From: Caulobacterales bacterium
Lineage (GTDB): Bacteria > Pseudomonadota > Alphaproteobacteria > Caulobacterales > Caulobacteraceae
DNA: 54,796 bases
Reading direction: 5' to 3'
Assembly: GCA_041308165.1 (NCBI GenBank)
Contig: JBFZCB010000001.1
Location: 1-54,796, forward strand
Positions within the stretch are counted from its first letter, which is position 1. Each line of letters opens with the position of its first letter. The translations under genes and the position numbers were made by a program. Shown here one piece after another: positions 19,699 to 29,774 of this stretch. The notes below the pieces were generated by a model. It did no database searches and was not told where the DNA came from. It saw nothing but the letters and a program-made list of their open reading frames with translations.

Positions 19699-21591
19699 AT
19701 GGCCGCCTCCTCCGATAGTCCCGCTGAAGTCTTCAAGCGCGCGCTGGCCCATGCCGCGCGCGCCCTGGCCGAGCAGCCCGAGCTGGAAGTCAACTTCGGC
19801 TCCGATGGCCCACGCATTGCCAATGGCATCCTGACCCTGCCCCATCCCCCTCGGGATCCCTCAGGGCCCGAGAGTACGACCCTGCGTGGCCAGGCCGATC
19901 GCATAGCCCTCAGGCTCGCCCACCACGATGACAATCTTGATGCCCGTCTACGGCCCACGAACCAGGCGGCAGCCGAGGTCTATGACGCCTCCGAACAGGC
20001 TCGCATCGAAGCCATAGGTTCACGTGTCCTGTCTGGGGTGCGCTCCAATATGGACGCCGCCCTCCTGGCACGACTTGAAAAGTCCGGTGCCCTGCGTGCC
20101 GATGCCGCTCGCGTGCCCATGGCCGAGGCCGTGGGCCTACTCCTGCGTGAGCGTCTGACAGGCAAGCCCGCCCCTTCGGCCGCTACAGCCATGCTCGACC
20201 TGGTCCGCCAGCAGATTGAGGAAAAAGCCGGCGATCCGCTGGACCGTCTGGCCAGCACGGCCGATGATCAGACCGCCTTCGCTCGGGCCATGCGTGATGT
20301 GCTTGTGGCCCTGGATCTCGACCCGGGCGACGGGACCGCAGACGATACCTCAGACGAGACTGGAGAGGACGACCCATCTCCTCAGGAGCCGGACGCGCCC
20401 GAGGAGCAGGAAGACGAGGAAGATGAGGGTGGTGGCGAGGGGGGACAGTCCATGGAGGGACAGTCCAGCGAGTCCGCCAGCGAGGACGAACGCGACAGCC
20501 GACCAGACGGAGCCCCCTCTCGCGAGGATGGCGAGATGGGCGAAGACGGCCCGGAACTTTCTGAGGGCGACCTGCCCAACCGCCAGCAGACCCAGGACGA
20601 CGGCCGTACTGTCGATGCCTATCGCGTCTTCACCACGGCCTTTGATGAGGCCATTGATGCCTCCGATCTTTGTGATCCCGCAGAGCTGGAACGGCTTCGT
20701 GCCCTCCTGGACCAGCAGTTGGCTGCCGTTTCCTCGATTGTCGCTCGTCTCGCCAACAAGCTGCAACGCCGGCTCATGGCCCAGCAGAACCGTACCTGGG
20801 CCTTCGATCTCGAGGAGGGTGTGCTGGATACGGCGCGCCTGACCCGCGTCATCACCGATCCGACCAGTCCCCTGTCCTTCAAGATGGAATCTGAGAGCCC
20901 CTTTCGCGATACTGTGGTGACGCTTTTACTGGACAACTCCGGCTCGATGCGTGGACGGCCGATCATGGTGGCCGCGGTCTGTGCCGATATACTGGCACGC
21001 ACACTCGAACGGTGTGGGGTCAAGGTCGAAATCCTTGGATTCACGACACGAGCCTGGAAGGGCGGACAGTCTCGCGAAGCCTGGATCAGCGCCGGCAAGC
21101 CCGCCGCTCCGGGTCGACTTAACGACCTTAGACACATCATCTACAAGTCCGCCGACGCTCCATGGCGCCGCGCCAAGAAAAACCTCGGACTGATGATGCG
21201 CGAGGGTCTCCTGAAGGAGAATATAGATGGTGAGGCCCTGACCTGGGCCCACGACCGTCTCATCGGCCGACCGGAAGCCCGTCGGATCCTCATGGTGATC
21301 TCGGACGGGTCGCCCGTCGACGATTCGACCCAGAGCGCCAATGCGGCACTCTATCTCGACAAGCACCTGCGACAGGTCATCGAACGCATCGAAACCCAGT
21401 CTCCGGTTGAGCTGATCGCCATCGGCATAGGTCACGATGTGACCCGCTGGTACAGGCGAGCGGTAACCATTGTGGACGTTGAACAACTGGCCGGGACCAT
21501 GACCGAAAACCTGGCTGAACTGTTCGAAAGTTCTCCCAAGCCGTCCAGGACCCGTACCTCGGGTCCGAAAGGACGGCGAAAGGCAGCATGA
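19699..21591 (+). CDS. cobT: Cobaltochelatase subunit CobT (acidic linker plus VWA)
   Basis: [50 protein letters not shown]. Confidence 0.93.
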   Translation: MAASSDSPAEVFKRALAHAARALAEQPELEVNFGSDGPRIANGILTLPHPPRDPSGPESTTLRGQADRIALRLAHHDDNLDARLRPTNQAAAEVYDASEQARIEAIGSRVLSGVRSNMDAALLARLEKSGALRADAARVPMAEAVGLLLRERLTGKPAPSAATAMLDLVRQQIEEKAGDPLDRLASTADDQTAFARAMRDVLVALDLDPGDGTADDTSDETGEDDPSPQEPDAPEEQEDEEDEGGGEGGQSMEGQSSESASEDERDSRPDGAPSREDGEMGEDGPELSEGDLPNRQQTQDDGRTVDAYRVFTTAFDEAIDASDLCDPAELERLRALLDQQLAAVSSIVARLANKLQRRLMAQQNRTWAFDLEEGVLDTARLTRVITDPTSPLSFKMESESPFRDTVVTLLLDNSGSMRGRPIMVAAVCADILARTLERCGVKVEILGFTTRAWKGGQSREAWISAGKPAAPGRLNDLRHIIYKSADAPWRRAKKNLGLMMREGLLKENIDGEALTWAHDRLIGRPEARRILMVISDGSPVDDSTQSANAALYLDKHLRQVIERIETQSPVELIAIGIGHDVTRWYRRAVTIVDVEQLAGTMTENLAELFESSPKPSRTRTSGPKGRRKAA

Positions 21592-22562
21592 GCCGCCTTC
21601 GCCGGCTCGCCTTTGGCCTGTCTCTTCTGGTCCTTTCAGCCTGCGCGGGGATGGGCAGCGGAGCACTTCCCTATGTCGCCGCCGTTGAAGGCTGGCTCGC
21701 TCAGCAGGTTTCCACCCGTCCGGTTGGCCTGGGACTGGCCGGTGCCACACTGGCCCCAGGCGTGCGTTTTGCCGGCGGACTTGAGCTGGAGTTGCCCCCG
21801 GGATCACCCCTGCACGGCCTTTCGGACCTCATACTGACGGGCGACAGAGGTTTTATGAGCGTGACGGACGCCGGTGATCTCGTGCGGGGTCGGATCCAGC
21901 TTGATGGCGAAGGCCGATTGTCGGATCTTGACGGGCTCGCCTTCCGCCGGCTGACACTGACGGATGGCTCGCCCATCATCGACAAACAGATGGGCGATGC
22001 CGAAGGTCTGGCCCTGACACCGGATGGAAACCTGCTGGTCAGTTTCGAACGCGTCCACCGGATCTGGAACTATGGATCTCTCCAGGCTTTGGCAGACAAG
22101 CCCCTGCCCCTGCGTCAGCCGGTCATGGCTTTTCCCGAGAACGCGGGCATGGAAGGCTTGGCTGCCTCGGCGTCTGGCTGGCTTGTCGCTGCAGAGAGCG
22201 GGGGCGTATGGGACTGCAGCCCGGCAAGCTGCAACCCGCTCATGCCGGCACCGACCAGAGCCCTGCGCGAAAGCGACTACCGCATCACTGCACTGGAACT
22301 TGATCCGTCAGGCGGTGGATGGTTCGTCGTTGAGAGAGCGGTGGGTTTTCCTACAGGCCTGGCATCACGGGTTCGCCGCCTGTCACCGGACGGCAGGCTG
22401 GGGCCGATCCTGATCGATCTCAAGTTTCCCGCGACGACCGACAACTTCGAGGGGATCGCAGCAGAGACCCGCGGCGGAGCCATCCGTCTCTACATTCTGT
22501 CAGACGACAACGCCAACCCCATGCAGCGCAGTCTCATGCTGGCGTTTGACCTGGAACCCTGA
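21588..22562 (+). CDS. Esterase-like activity of phytase family lipoprotein
   Basis: Lipobox [30 protein letters not shown]...QRSL. ATGA overlap with cobT. Confidence 0.85.
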   Translation: MSRLRRLAFGLSLLVLSACAGMGSGALPYVAAVEGWLAQQVSTRPVGLGLAGATLAPGVRFAGGLELELPPGSPLHGLSDLILTGDRGFMSVTDAGDLVRGRIQLDGEGRLSDLDGLAFRRLTLTDGSPIIDKQMGDAEGLALTPDGNLLVSFERVHRIWNYGSLQALADKPLPLRQPVMAFPENAGMEGLAASASGWLVAAESGGVWDCSPASCNPLMPAPTRALRESDYRITALELDPSGGGWFVVERAVGFPTGLASRVRRLSPDGRLGPILIDLKFPATTDNFEGIAAETRGGAIRLYILSDDNANPMQRSLMLAFDLEP

Positions 22563-22770
22563 TCCTTCAACACCCTCCCAGCCCGGATCTGGATGACCTA
22601 AAAAGGCCGGCAGGCCCAATGCCCCCCTGTGTGTCTTCGACCGCCAGGACCTGTGTCGGCGAAGCTTGCACCCGATCTCGGCACGGAAGGCCGTCAGGCC
22701 CTCACATGACCTGCCGCTTCGGTTCTCAAAGCCTGTCGAATGCTCCAGGCCAGGGGGCGCAGGCGGCTGA

Positions 22771-23154
22771 CTATCGCTCGTCCTGTTCGATGACGACTGT
22801 CCGGCAGCTTCGAACGGGAAAGCGCTGGCCTGTAACCTCGATGTAACGGCAGACCTGACGGGTACGGACCGGCTCGAAAACTGGCTCGACATCACCGGCG
22901 GCCTCTTCAGACCCTTCGATGGCTGTGTCAGTGGTGACCGGTCTGGACGGCGCAAACGCGGCGACCCTGACGACTTGCGCAACCTGAGCCTGGGCCTGGG
23001 CCTGGGCCTGGGCCTGGGCAGGGAGCTGGGCCTGGGCAGGGAGCTGGGCCTGGCCAGGGGATGGAGACTGGGTCGAGGCCTGTGCCAGACCTGAGGTCTG
23101 GTCGGGAGCCTGGACAAACAGAGCCGCGCCGAGGGCAATAATGGAAAAGATCAT
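22771..23154 (-). CDS. Secreted hypothetical protein with an Ala-Gln repeat and a C-terminal Cys pair
   Basis: Signal-like N-terminus, (AQ)n tract, RQVCRYIEVTGQRFPVRSCRT. Confidence 0.65.
   Translation of the reverse strand: MIFSIIALGAALFVQAPDQTSGLAQASTQSPSPGQAQLPAQAQLPAQAQAQAQAQAQVAQVVRVAAFAPSRPVTTDTAIEGSEEAAGDVEPVFEPVRTRQVCRYIEVTGQRFPVRSCRTVVIEQDER
22984..23054. repeat. Hexamer and 18-mer tandem repeats (CTGGGC)n encoding AQ/AQLP repeats
   Basis: CTGGGC x5 plus two copies of AGGGAGCTGGGCCTGG are directly visible. Confidence 0.85.
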
Positions 23155-23214
23155 GTCTGAGGTGTTCCCTGGGGAGAAGGAGTACAGCATCAGAATGACT
23201 CATCCCTTCGCACA

Positions 23215-23232
23215 TGCAACATAATTGTTGCA
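23215..23232. promoter_or_regulatory. Palindromic operator-like site
   Basis: TGCAACA-taat-TGTTGCA with perfect 7-bp arms, upstream of the AQ-repeat gene. Confidence 0.55.
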
Positions 23233-23357
23233 AATGCTCACAATCAGGCCTGTCTTGGCACTCAAACCCCGGGATAAGGACCTTCTGGCCAAACAAATTG
23301 CGCGGGGAACCCATCCGCAAGGCGTGAGCGGGGCGCAGCGCTGGACACAGGTTTGCG

Positions 23358-23963
23358 CTAGATGCGCTCGCTGACCTTGATGGCCACCCGGCACCCGACC
23401 TTGATCACAGCGCTGAGCAATCGATGGGCGGGCGCTTCACGCGATCCATGAGCGACCGCATGGTCATGGTGGGCCAGTTCCTCATCCCGGAATTTCGCCA
23501 ACTCTGCGGAAAGCTGAGGGTCGCGGTCCTCAGTCTCGGCGACCTGCTCGGCATAATGCTCGCCGATCACACTTTCGACAGCCTCCGTGCAGGCATGGGC
23601 GGCCTTCTCACCCATAAGCGCCGTGCCGGCCCCCAGGGCCTGGGCAGCCAGTCTCCAGGCGGGCAGGAGTAGTGTTGGGCGAACGCGGTTTTCGATCAGC
23701 AAGGCCTCGAATCGCGCCAGGTGCACGGCCTCCTGAGCCTCCATGAGCTCCATATCGGCGGCAATGGCCTCATGTCCCGGGCGGGAGGCAAACACAGCGC
23801 GCTGGGCCCGGTAAATCTGCACGGCAGCATATTCTCCGGCGTGGTCCACCCGCAAAAGCTCTGCCCGACGTCTGCGACTGGCCCCCACACCGGGCCTTGC
23901 CAACGGCGGGCGGACGCGGGTTTCGCCCGACGAAGAGGGAGAAGGATCAGCTTCTGGGTGCAC
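23358..23963 (-). CDS. coq7: Demethoxyubiquinone hydroxylase (Coq7)
   Basis: LRVDHAGEYAA, E..H, AHACTEAVESVI.EHY, RDEELAH diiron motifs. The start is uncertain. Confidence 0.9.
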   Translation of the reverse strand: MHPEADPSPSSSGETRVRPPLARPGVGASRRRRAELLRVDHAGEYAAVQIYRAQRAVFASRPGHEAIAADMELMEAQEAVHLARFEALLIENRVRPTLLLPAWRLAAQALGAGTALMGEKAAHACTEAVESVIGEHYAEQVAETEDRDPQLSAELAKFRDEELAHHDHAVAHGSREAPAHRLLSAVIKVGCRVAIKVSERI

Positions 23964-24483
23964 GGGCGTCTTTCGGTCGTTTTGCGGCCAGAAGGCTGAA
24001 CACCGCCAGGCCGGCAGAGATGAGGGCGTTCCATCCTGCCATCGACAGGCCAAGCCAGGACCATGGGATATCGCCGCAGGACGGCAGCGGCGTTGCCGGC
24101 CCCTCGCCCAGGGCCAGCGCCGTCAGACTGGAAACATCAATCGGCCCGACAGCCGCCGTACAGCTGGCGGGCAGGGCCCACCATTTCAACTCGCCACCCA
24201 TGTGGAAGGTTGCGGTCACAGCTCCGGTCAGAAAAATCACAAACAGAAGAAAGGAGGCTATTCGTGGCGTTCCACGACTGGCCCGACTGATCACAGCCCA
24301 AAGGGTCGCAATGGCTGACACCGCAACCGCCCCCCAGAACACCTCGCGCTGGCGCAGGCAGAGGTTACAGGGAGCCATGCCCCCGAACGTCTCGAAAGCA
24401 TGGGCTGCCCCCAGCATGGCAAGCGACAGCCCCAGGGCAAAGGCGGTCCACCACCGCATGAAAAGTTGAAAAGCTCTGATCAT
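23947..24483 (-). CDS. dsbB: Disulfide bond formation protein B
   Basis: PCNLCLRQR, H.G.E.KWW..PASC, C.DIPWSWLGLSMAGWN. Confidence 0.9.
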   Translation of the reverse strand: MIRAFQLFMRWWTAFALGLSLAMLGAAHAFETFGGMAPCNLCLRQREVFWGAVAVSAIATLWAVISRASRGTPRIASFLLFVIFLTGAVTATFHMGGELKWWALPASCTAAVGPIDVSSLTALALGEGPATPLPSCGDIPWSWLGLSMAGWNALISAGLAVFSLLAAKRPKDARAPRS

Positions 24484-24554
24484 GCCGACTGCTTTAGCTG
24501 CACGCGAGCGCGCCGTCGATTGCGCAGACCACGGTCTTGTTTAATGACGGGGTC

Positions 24555-25187
24555 ATGATCTCCCCCGATACCCAGACTGATAATGAAAACCAAACCCTGC
24601 TGCAGGTCCTTCGGCGTCTGTCCGATGCCGCAGGAGAGGCCGGACTGGCTGTGCATGAAATCCGTGATCGGCTGGACGAACGCGCCTATGGACTGCTTGT
24701 CCTGATCCTGGCGATACCCTGCCTGGTCCCGGGCCTTTATGGCCTGCCTCAGGTCGTCGGAATCGCCATTATCATTCTTGCCTTCCAGCTTCTCGTCGGC
24801 CGAAAGGAGCCCTGGTTACCAAGATGGTTCCTGCAGCTTCGGGCCAAGGCCTCCTGGCTGAAGGGAATGGCGGACTTCGCCGAGGCCAGGCTGGGCTGGC
24901 TTGAACGCCTTTCACGGCCCCGCCTGACATTCTTCTCAGTCGGTCCGGGCGAGAAGTTCGCGGCCATCTTCATGATCCTGGCCACCCTGACCATCATACT
25001 TCCCCTTACCAACACCATCCCTTCCATCGCCCTGTCGCTGCTGGCCGTCGGCCTTATCCAGCGTGATGGCCTGTTCGTGCTTGCCGGAGCAGCTTTAACC
25101 TCAGTCTGGATCTTTGCACTGGCGGCTGTGGGGGTCGGCTTTCTCATGGGTGCCGACTGGGCCTTGCAACTGATACCCAGCCCCTAG
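24555..25187 (+). CDS. exoD: ExoD family exopolysaccharide-associated membrane protein
   Basis: ERAYGLLVLILAIP, PWLPRW, RPRL, PLTNTIPS, RDG motifs. Confidence 0.85.
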   Translation: MISPDTQTDNENQTLLQVLRRLSDAAGEAGLAVHEIRDRLDERAYGLLVLILAIPCLVPGLYGLPQVVGIAIIILAFQLLVGRKEPWLPRWFLQLRAKASWLKGMADFAEARLGWLERLSRPRLTFFSVGPGEKFAAIFMILATLTIILPLTNTIPSIALSLLAVGLIQRDGLFVLAGAALTSVWIFALAAVGVGFLMGADWALQLIPSP

Positions 25188-25327
25188 CCGGGGTCTTGGT
25201 AATGCCTGTTTTGTGACCACAAGGGGCAAGGCCAATGGGCCTGCGACCTTGGCTTGTGGCTCCCGGCTGATTAGGTTCCGCCTCAATCGGGCCAGATGTG
25301 CCCTCCCAGAACCTCAGGAGACGCCCC

Positions 25328-26425
25328 ATGTCGGACGCCACCACCCTACCGTTAGCCCCTTCATCTCTAGATAACCCGCTTGGTGTCGATGGCTTCGAGT
25401 TCGTCGAGTTCACAGGTCCAGAACCCGAAGCCATGATGGCAAGATTGGAGCTCATGGGCTTCACCCGAACGCACATCAGTCCCGTCACCGGAGCCGTACG
25501 TCTTAAACAGGGTGACATCACCATGCTGGTCAATGCCAGACCCCATGGCCAGGCTGCCGATTTTGCCCGCGACCATGGGCCTTCCGCCAATGGCATGGCC
25601 TTCCGGGTTGCTGATGCAAAGACAGCCTATGAAGGGGCTCTCGAAAGAGGGGCCCGTGTAGCCCAGAACACAGCGGGCGCACTTGGGCCCGACTATCCCT
25701 ATGTCCTTCAGGGCATAGGCGGCTCTCTTCTTTATGTCGTTGACCAGTATGGCCAGGCCGGCTCGCTCTATGAACACTGGGACGAGATCGATGGCTGGCA
25801 AGAGAGCGAGCAAAAGAACTCCATGGGGCTCGAGGTACTGGATCACCTGACCCACAATGTCCGGCGTGGTGAAATGCGGACCTGGTCGGGCTTCTACAGC
25901 TCGATCTTCAATTTCGAAGAACAGAAGTATTTCGACATCAAGGGCAAGGCGACCGGTCTTTTCTCCCAGGCCATGATTGCTCCAGATCGCGCCATCCGCA
26001 TTCCCTTGAATGAGAGCCAGGATGACAACTCCCAGATCGAGGAGTTCCTGCGCCGCTATAACGGTGAAGGCATCCAGCATATCGCCCTGACCACCGAGAA
26101 CATCTTCGAGACGGTTGAAGCCATGCGTGCTCGCGGCGTAGCCTTCCAGGATACGATCGAGACCTATTTCGAGCTGATCGACAAGCGCCTGCCTAATCAT
26201 GGCGAGGACGTGGAACGGATGAGAAAGAACCGTATCCTCATTGATGGGTCTGACGACGAGGGTCTGCTCTTGCAGATTTTCACCCAGGATACGTTCGGGC
26301 CAATCTTCTTCGAGATCATTCAGCGCAAGGGCAATGAAGGCTTTGGCAACGGCAACTTCCAGGCCCTGTTCGATTCCATCGAACTCGACCAGATCCGCCG
26401 CGGCGTTATCAAGGTTGATGCCTGA
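25328..26425 (+). CDS. hppD: 4-hydroxyphenylpyruvate dioxygenase
   Basis: NPLGVDGFEFVEF, DHLTHNV, IRIPLNE, GEGIQHIAL, FFEIIQRKGNEGFGNGNF. AGGAGA RBS. Confidence 0.96.
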   Translation: MSDATTLPLAPSSLDNPLGVDGFEFVEFTGPEPEAMMARLELMGFTRTHISPVTGAVRLKQGDITMLVNARPHGQAADFARDHGPSANGMAFRVADAKTAYEGALERGARVAQNTAGALGPDYPYVLQGIGGSLLYVVDQYGQAGSLYEHWDEIDGWQESEQKNSMGLEVLDHLTHNVRRGEMRTWSGFYSSIFNFEEQKYFDIKGKATGLFSQAMIAPDRAIRIPLNESQDDNSQIEEFLRRYNGEGIQHIALTTENIFETVEAMRARGVAFQDTIETYFELIDKRLPNHGEDVERMRKNRILIDGSDDEGLLLQIFTQDTFGPIFFEIIQRKGNEGFGNGNFQALFDSIELDQIRRGVIKVDA

Positions 26426-26608
26426 ATGAAGATCAAGCCACCCCCCTGGCTTCCCTATCTCGGTCCGCCCCTCGCCGGTCTCGGCGCGGGGCTGATCGGG
26501 GGCATGTGGCTTCAGGCCGGGTTCTGGCCCTCACTGGCGATCGCCCTTGTCTTTGGCTTTGCACCCATCATCGGCTACCGCATCTGGAAACGGCTGCACC
26601 ACCTCTAG
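26426..26608 (+). CDS. Small two-TM membrane protein
   Basis: 60 aa, starts immediately after the hppD stop, two hydrophobic helices and a basic tail. Confidence 0.6.
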   Translation: MKIKPPPWLPYLGPPLAGLGAGLIGGMWLQAGFWPSLAIALVFGFAPIIGYRIWKRLHHL

Positions 26609-26772
26609 CTTGATAGAAGGCAAGACAGGGGCAGATGGGGGTACCTAACTGTCCCATCCGGCCAGCGCCCCTTAATGACTTTACAGGGCCCGGCCAGATC
26701 CGGGATTAGACTGGCACCCCGTGCGCACCCGTTCCCCCTGGACGGGTCGGGCTGGGTAGATTGGGAAACGTG

Positions 26773-27906
26773 ATGATGACGAGCAAGGATCGGGGCAGCG
26801 CCTTTGCAGGTGCGTTGATTATGGGGGTCCTTGCGACCGTTGCGATGGCAATGCCGGCAGGGGCACAGGCTTCGGCAAGCCAGGCCAGTGGCAGTCCATC
26901 TCCGCAATCGCCTCACAGCTGGTCCCTGGCCATTCACGGAGGTGCCGGCACTATCGAACGCAATCGCATGACCCCTGCAGCTGATGCTGCCTACCGCGCT
27001 GCGCTGGCCAAGGCCCTCGATGCCGGCTCGGCCATATTGTCATCGGGTGGCTCATCTCTCGATGCTGTCCAGGCTGCCGTCCAGATCATGGAAGATGACC
27101 CCCTGTTTAATGCCGGGCGTGGTGCAGTCTTCACCGCGGCGGGCCGCAACGAGCTCGATGCGGCGATCATGGATGGATCGGACCTCAGGGCAGGTGCGGT
27201 TGCAGGACTGACCACTACCCGCCACCCGATCGCTGCAGCCCGAGCGGTCATGGAGCAGTCTCCCCACGTCATGCTTATCGGAGCCGGGGCAGACACCTTC
27301 TCTGCTACACGTGGGCTGGAGCAGGTCGATCCAGCCTATTTCTTCACTGAACGCAGATGGCGCGGACTGGTTGATGCGCTTGAAGCCCAATCCCTGCCAA
27401 TACCCGCTCTGCCGGAGGGGGTCGCCCAAGAGGCACATTCCCCCATGGCAAACCGTGGTGCAACGCTTGCTCCGCTGGATGAACGCAAGTTTGGCACCGT
27501 CGGTGCCGTGGCCCTCGACAGCCAGGGTCGCCTGGCGGCGGCCACGTCAACAGGCGGCATGACGGCCAAGCAATGGGGCCGAGTGGGGGATGTGCCCATC
27601 ATAGGAGCCGGCACCTACGCTTCAAACCTTGAGGGGTGCGCGGTTTCAGCAACCGGATCGGGAGAGTATTTCATACGCTCCACCGTTGCCCGTGACATCT
27701 GCCGGCGTATAGCCGACGGGGCTTCAGTCCAGGAAGCCGGCGATGCAGAAATCGCTGACGTCGGCTCGATCGGCGGAGATGGGGGTGTCATCATCATGGG
27801 ACGCGATGGAACCCATGCCTATGCGCTGAACACTTCGGGCATGTACCGGGGTGCGGTCTCAGCCACCTCGGCACCCAGCGTAGCCATCTATGCAGACGAG
27901 CCATGA
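26773..27906 (+). CDS. iaaA: Isoaspartyl peptidase / L-asparaginase (Ntn hydrolase), probably exported
   Basis: LAIHGGAG, EDDPLFNAGRG, GTVGAVA nucleophile site, GRVGD.PIIGAG, plus an N-terminal signal-like segment. Confidence 0.88.
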   Translation: MMTSKDRGSAFAGALIMGVLATVAMAMPAGAQASASQASGSPSPQSPHSWSLAIHGGAGTIERNRMTPAADAAYRAALAKALDAGSAILSSGGSSLDAVQAAVQIMEDDPLFNAGRGAVFTAAGRNELDAAIMDGSDLRAGAVAGLTTTRHPIAAARAVMEQSPHVMLIGAGADTFSATRGLEQVDPAYFFTERRWRGLVDALEAQSLPIPALPEGVAQEAHSPMANRGATLAPLDERKFGTVGAVALDSQGRLAAATSTGGMTAKQWGRVGDVPIIGAGTYASNLEGCAVSATGSGEYFIRSTVARDICRRIADGASVQEAGDAEIADVGSIGGDGGVIIMGRDGTHAYALNTSGMYRGAVSATSAPSVAIYADEP

Positions 27907-28376
27907 CCCCACCCAAGGACCACCCCGGCGTCATTGCCCCGCCGCCTCTGATCTTCCTGGGCTTTCTGCTAGGGGGCTGGGGGCTCGGCCACCTTGTGGG
28001 AGAGCCGGATCTAGGCCTCTCAGATCCCTGGCGCAGAGGCCTTGCCTTGTCCGGCATAATCGTCGGGATCATCAATGAGGGCTGGGCTGCAGGTCTGTTT
28101 CGGCGCGCCAGGACAGCCATTCAGCCCTGGAAGCCCTCGACGGCCCTGATCAGGTCCGGCCTCTACCGGTTCAGTCGTAACCCGATCTATGTCGGCTTTG
28201 GCATCACCTACCTTGGCCTATCTGTCGGGCTGAACAGCCCAATGGCCCTAGCTCTTGTCGTGCCGTGTCTGTTTGTCGTCGACCGCTACGTCATCCAGCG
28301 CGAAGAGCGCTATCTGGAGGCTCGGTTCGGTGCGGTCTATTTGGACTACAAGATGTCCGTCAGGCGTTGGCTATGA
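27903..28376 (+). CDS. Isoprenylcysteine carboxyl methyltransferase / PEMT family protein
   Basis: G.YRFSRNPIY and EERYL..RFG.VY.DYK..VRRWL motifs. Confidence 0.88.
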   Translation: MTPPKDHPGVIAPPPLIFLGFLLGGWGLGHLVGEPDLGLSDPWRRGLALSGIIVGIINEGWAAGLFRRARTAIQPWKPSTALIRSGLYRFSRNPIYVGFGITYLGLSVGLNSPMALALVVPCLFVVDRYVIQREERYLEARFGAVYLDYKMSVRRWL

Positions 28377-28630
28377 GCGATGAACTGACCGCCATGGCCG
28401 AGGAAGAGTTAGCCTCGGCCATTGCCATGACCTGGCCCGAGATCCGTCGCATAACGCCCTGGGGTGACAGTTTCGAGGGCTTTGCGCCTTCAGGACGCAC
28501 GGTCGAGATCGAGCGACGCTACCTCTGGGCGGTCGAACCTGCCGGTGCCATTGTTGTGGAGGTTGAGGTGCGTGACCCCTCTGCAAGCGCGGGTGCCGAA
28601 GCTCGAGCCGTCCTTGCCCCTCCCCGCTAG
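28373..28630 (+). CDS. Conserved hypothetical protein
   Basis: ATGA overlap with the previous gene. 85 aa, containing TPWGDSFEGF and ERRYLW. Confidence 0.7.
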   Translation: MSDELTAMAEEELASAIAMTWPEIRRITPWGDSFEGFAPSGRTVEIERRYLWAVEPAGAIVVEVEVRDPSASAGAEARAVLAPPR

Positions 28631-28689
28631 TCAGATTTGGTGCACCGCCAGATTGCCTTGTCGGCCAAACCCCCTCTAGACCGGTTCTC

Positions 28690-29718
28690 ATGAAACTCGC
28701 ATCGCTCAAACATGGCCGTGACGGTCGCCTTGTCGTCGTCTCGCGTGACCTTCACTGGTTCACTGACGCCTTCCTGATCGCACCAACCCTGCAGGCGGCG
28801 CTAGATGACTGGGACAGGTGCGAGCCAAAGCTGCGCGCCCTAGCTGAAAGCCTTGAGCATGAAGCCGTACCCCGGGGCCGTTTCCATGAACGCGAAGCGG
28901 CTGCCCCCCTTCCGCGCGCCTATCAGTGGGCAGATGGCTCGGCCTATGTGAACCACGTCGAACTGGTCCGTCGCGCCAGAGGGGCGGAGATGCCGGCCTC
29001 ATTCTGGACCGATCCACTCATGTACCAGGGGGGCTCGGACGGATTTCTCGGAGCGCGGGACCCTGTGCCCTTGGCAGACGAAAGCTGGGGCTGCGATCTC
29101 GAGGCCGAGATCGTCGTGGTTACCGGTGATGTCCCACAGGGCGTCAGCCCCCAGGAGGCTCTTGGCCATATCCGGCTGGTCGGCCTGGTCAATGACGTCT
29201 CCCTGCGCAATCTGATCCCGGGCGAACTGGCCAAGGGCTTTGGGTTCGTCCAGTCCAAACCCGCCAGCGCCCTTTCGCCCGTCTTTGTCACGCCAGACAG
29301 CCTTGGTGAGCGCTGGCAGGACGGAAAACTACACGGAGAGCTTCTGGTCCAGTTGAACGGCAAGCCCTTTGGCAAGGCGGATGCCGGGGTCGACATGACC
29401 TTCGACTTTGGGACCCTCATTGCCCATCTCGCCAAGACCCGATCGCTTGGGGCCGGATCCATCATCGGATCAGGCACCGTCTCCAATCGCGACGCCGATG
29501 GTGGTCCCGGCCGCCCCGTATCCGAGGGCGGTCTCGGCTATTCCTGCATTGCCGAGGTCCGCACTGTGGAGACAATCCTGCGCGGAACCGCCGAAACCCC
29601 GTTCCTTTGCCATGGCGACACGGTCCGGATCGAGATGCTTGACGACCGCCGCCACTCGATCTTCGGGGCCATTGAACAGACAATCGAAGGTCTTTCCCGC
29701 CAACCCGAGCCGCAATAA
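28690..29718 (+). CDS. Fumarylacetoacetate hydrolase family protein
   Basis: MKLASLK..RDGRLVVVSRDL, LVNDVSLRNLIP.ELAKGFGF.QSKP, IIGSGTVSN. Confidence 0.92.
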   Translation: MKLASLKHGRDGRLVVVSRDLHWFTDAFLIAPTLQAALDDWDRCEPKLRALAESLEHEAVPRGRFHEREAAAPLPRAYQWADGSAYVNHVELVRRARGAEMPASFWTDPLMYQGGSDGFLGARDPVPLADESWGCDLEAEIVVVTGDVPQGVSPQEALGHIRLVGLVNDVSLRNLIPGELAKGFGFVQSKPASALSPVFVTPDSLGERWQDGKLHGELLVQLNGKPFGKADAGVDMTFDFGTLIAHLAKTRSLGAGSIIGSGTVSNRDADGGPGRPVSEGGLGYSCIAEVRTVETILRGTAETPFLCHGDTVRIEMLDDRRHSIFGAIEQTIEGLSRQPEPQ

Positions 29719-29774
29719 CCTCGGACCTGTAGGGCAAGGGGTCACGCGTCATCTGATCCCGGGTACCGGCGAGG

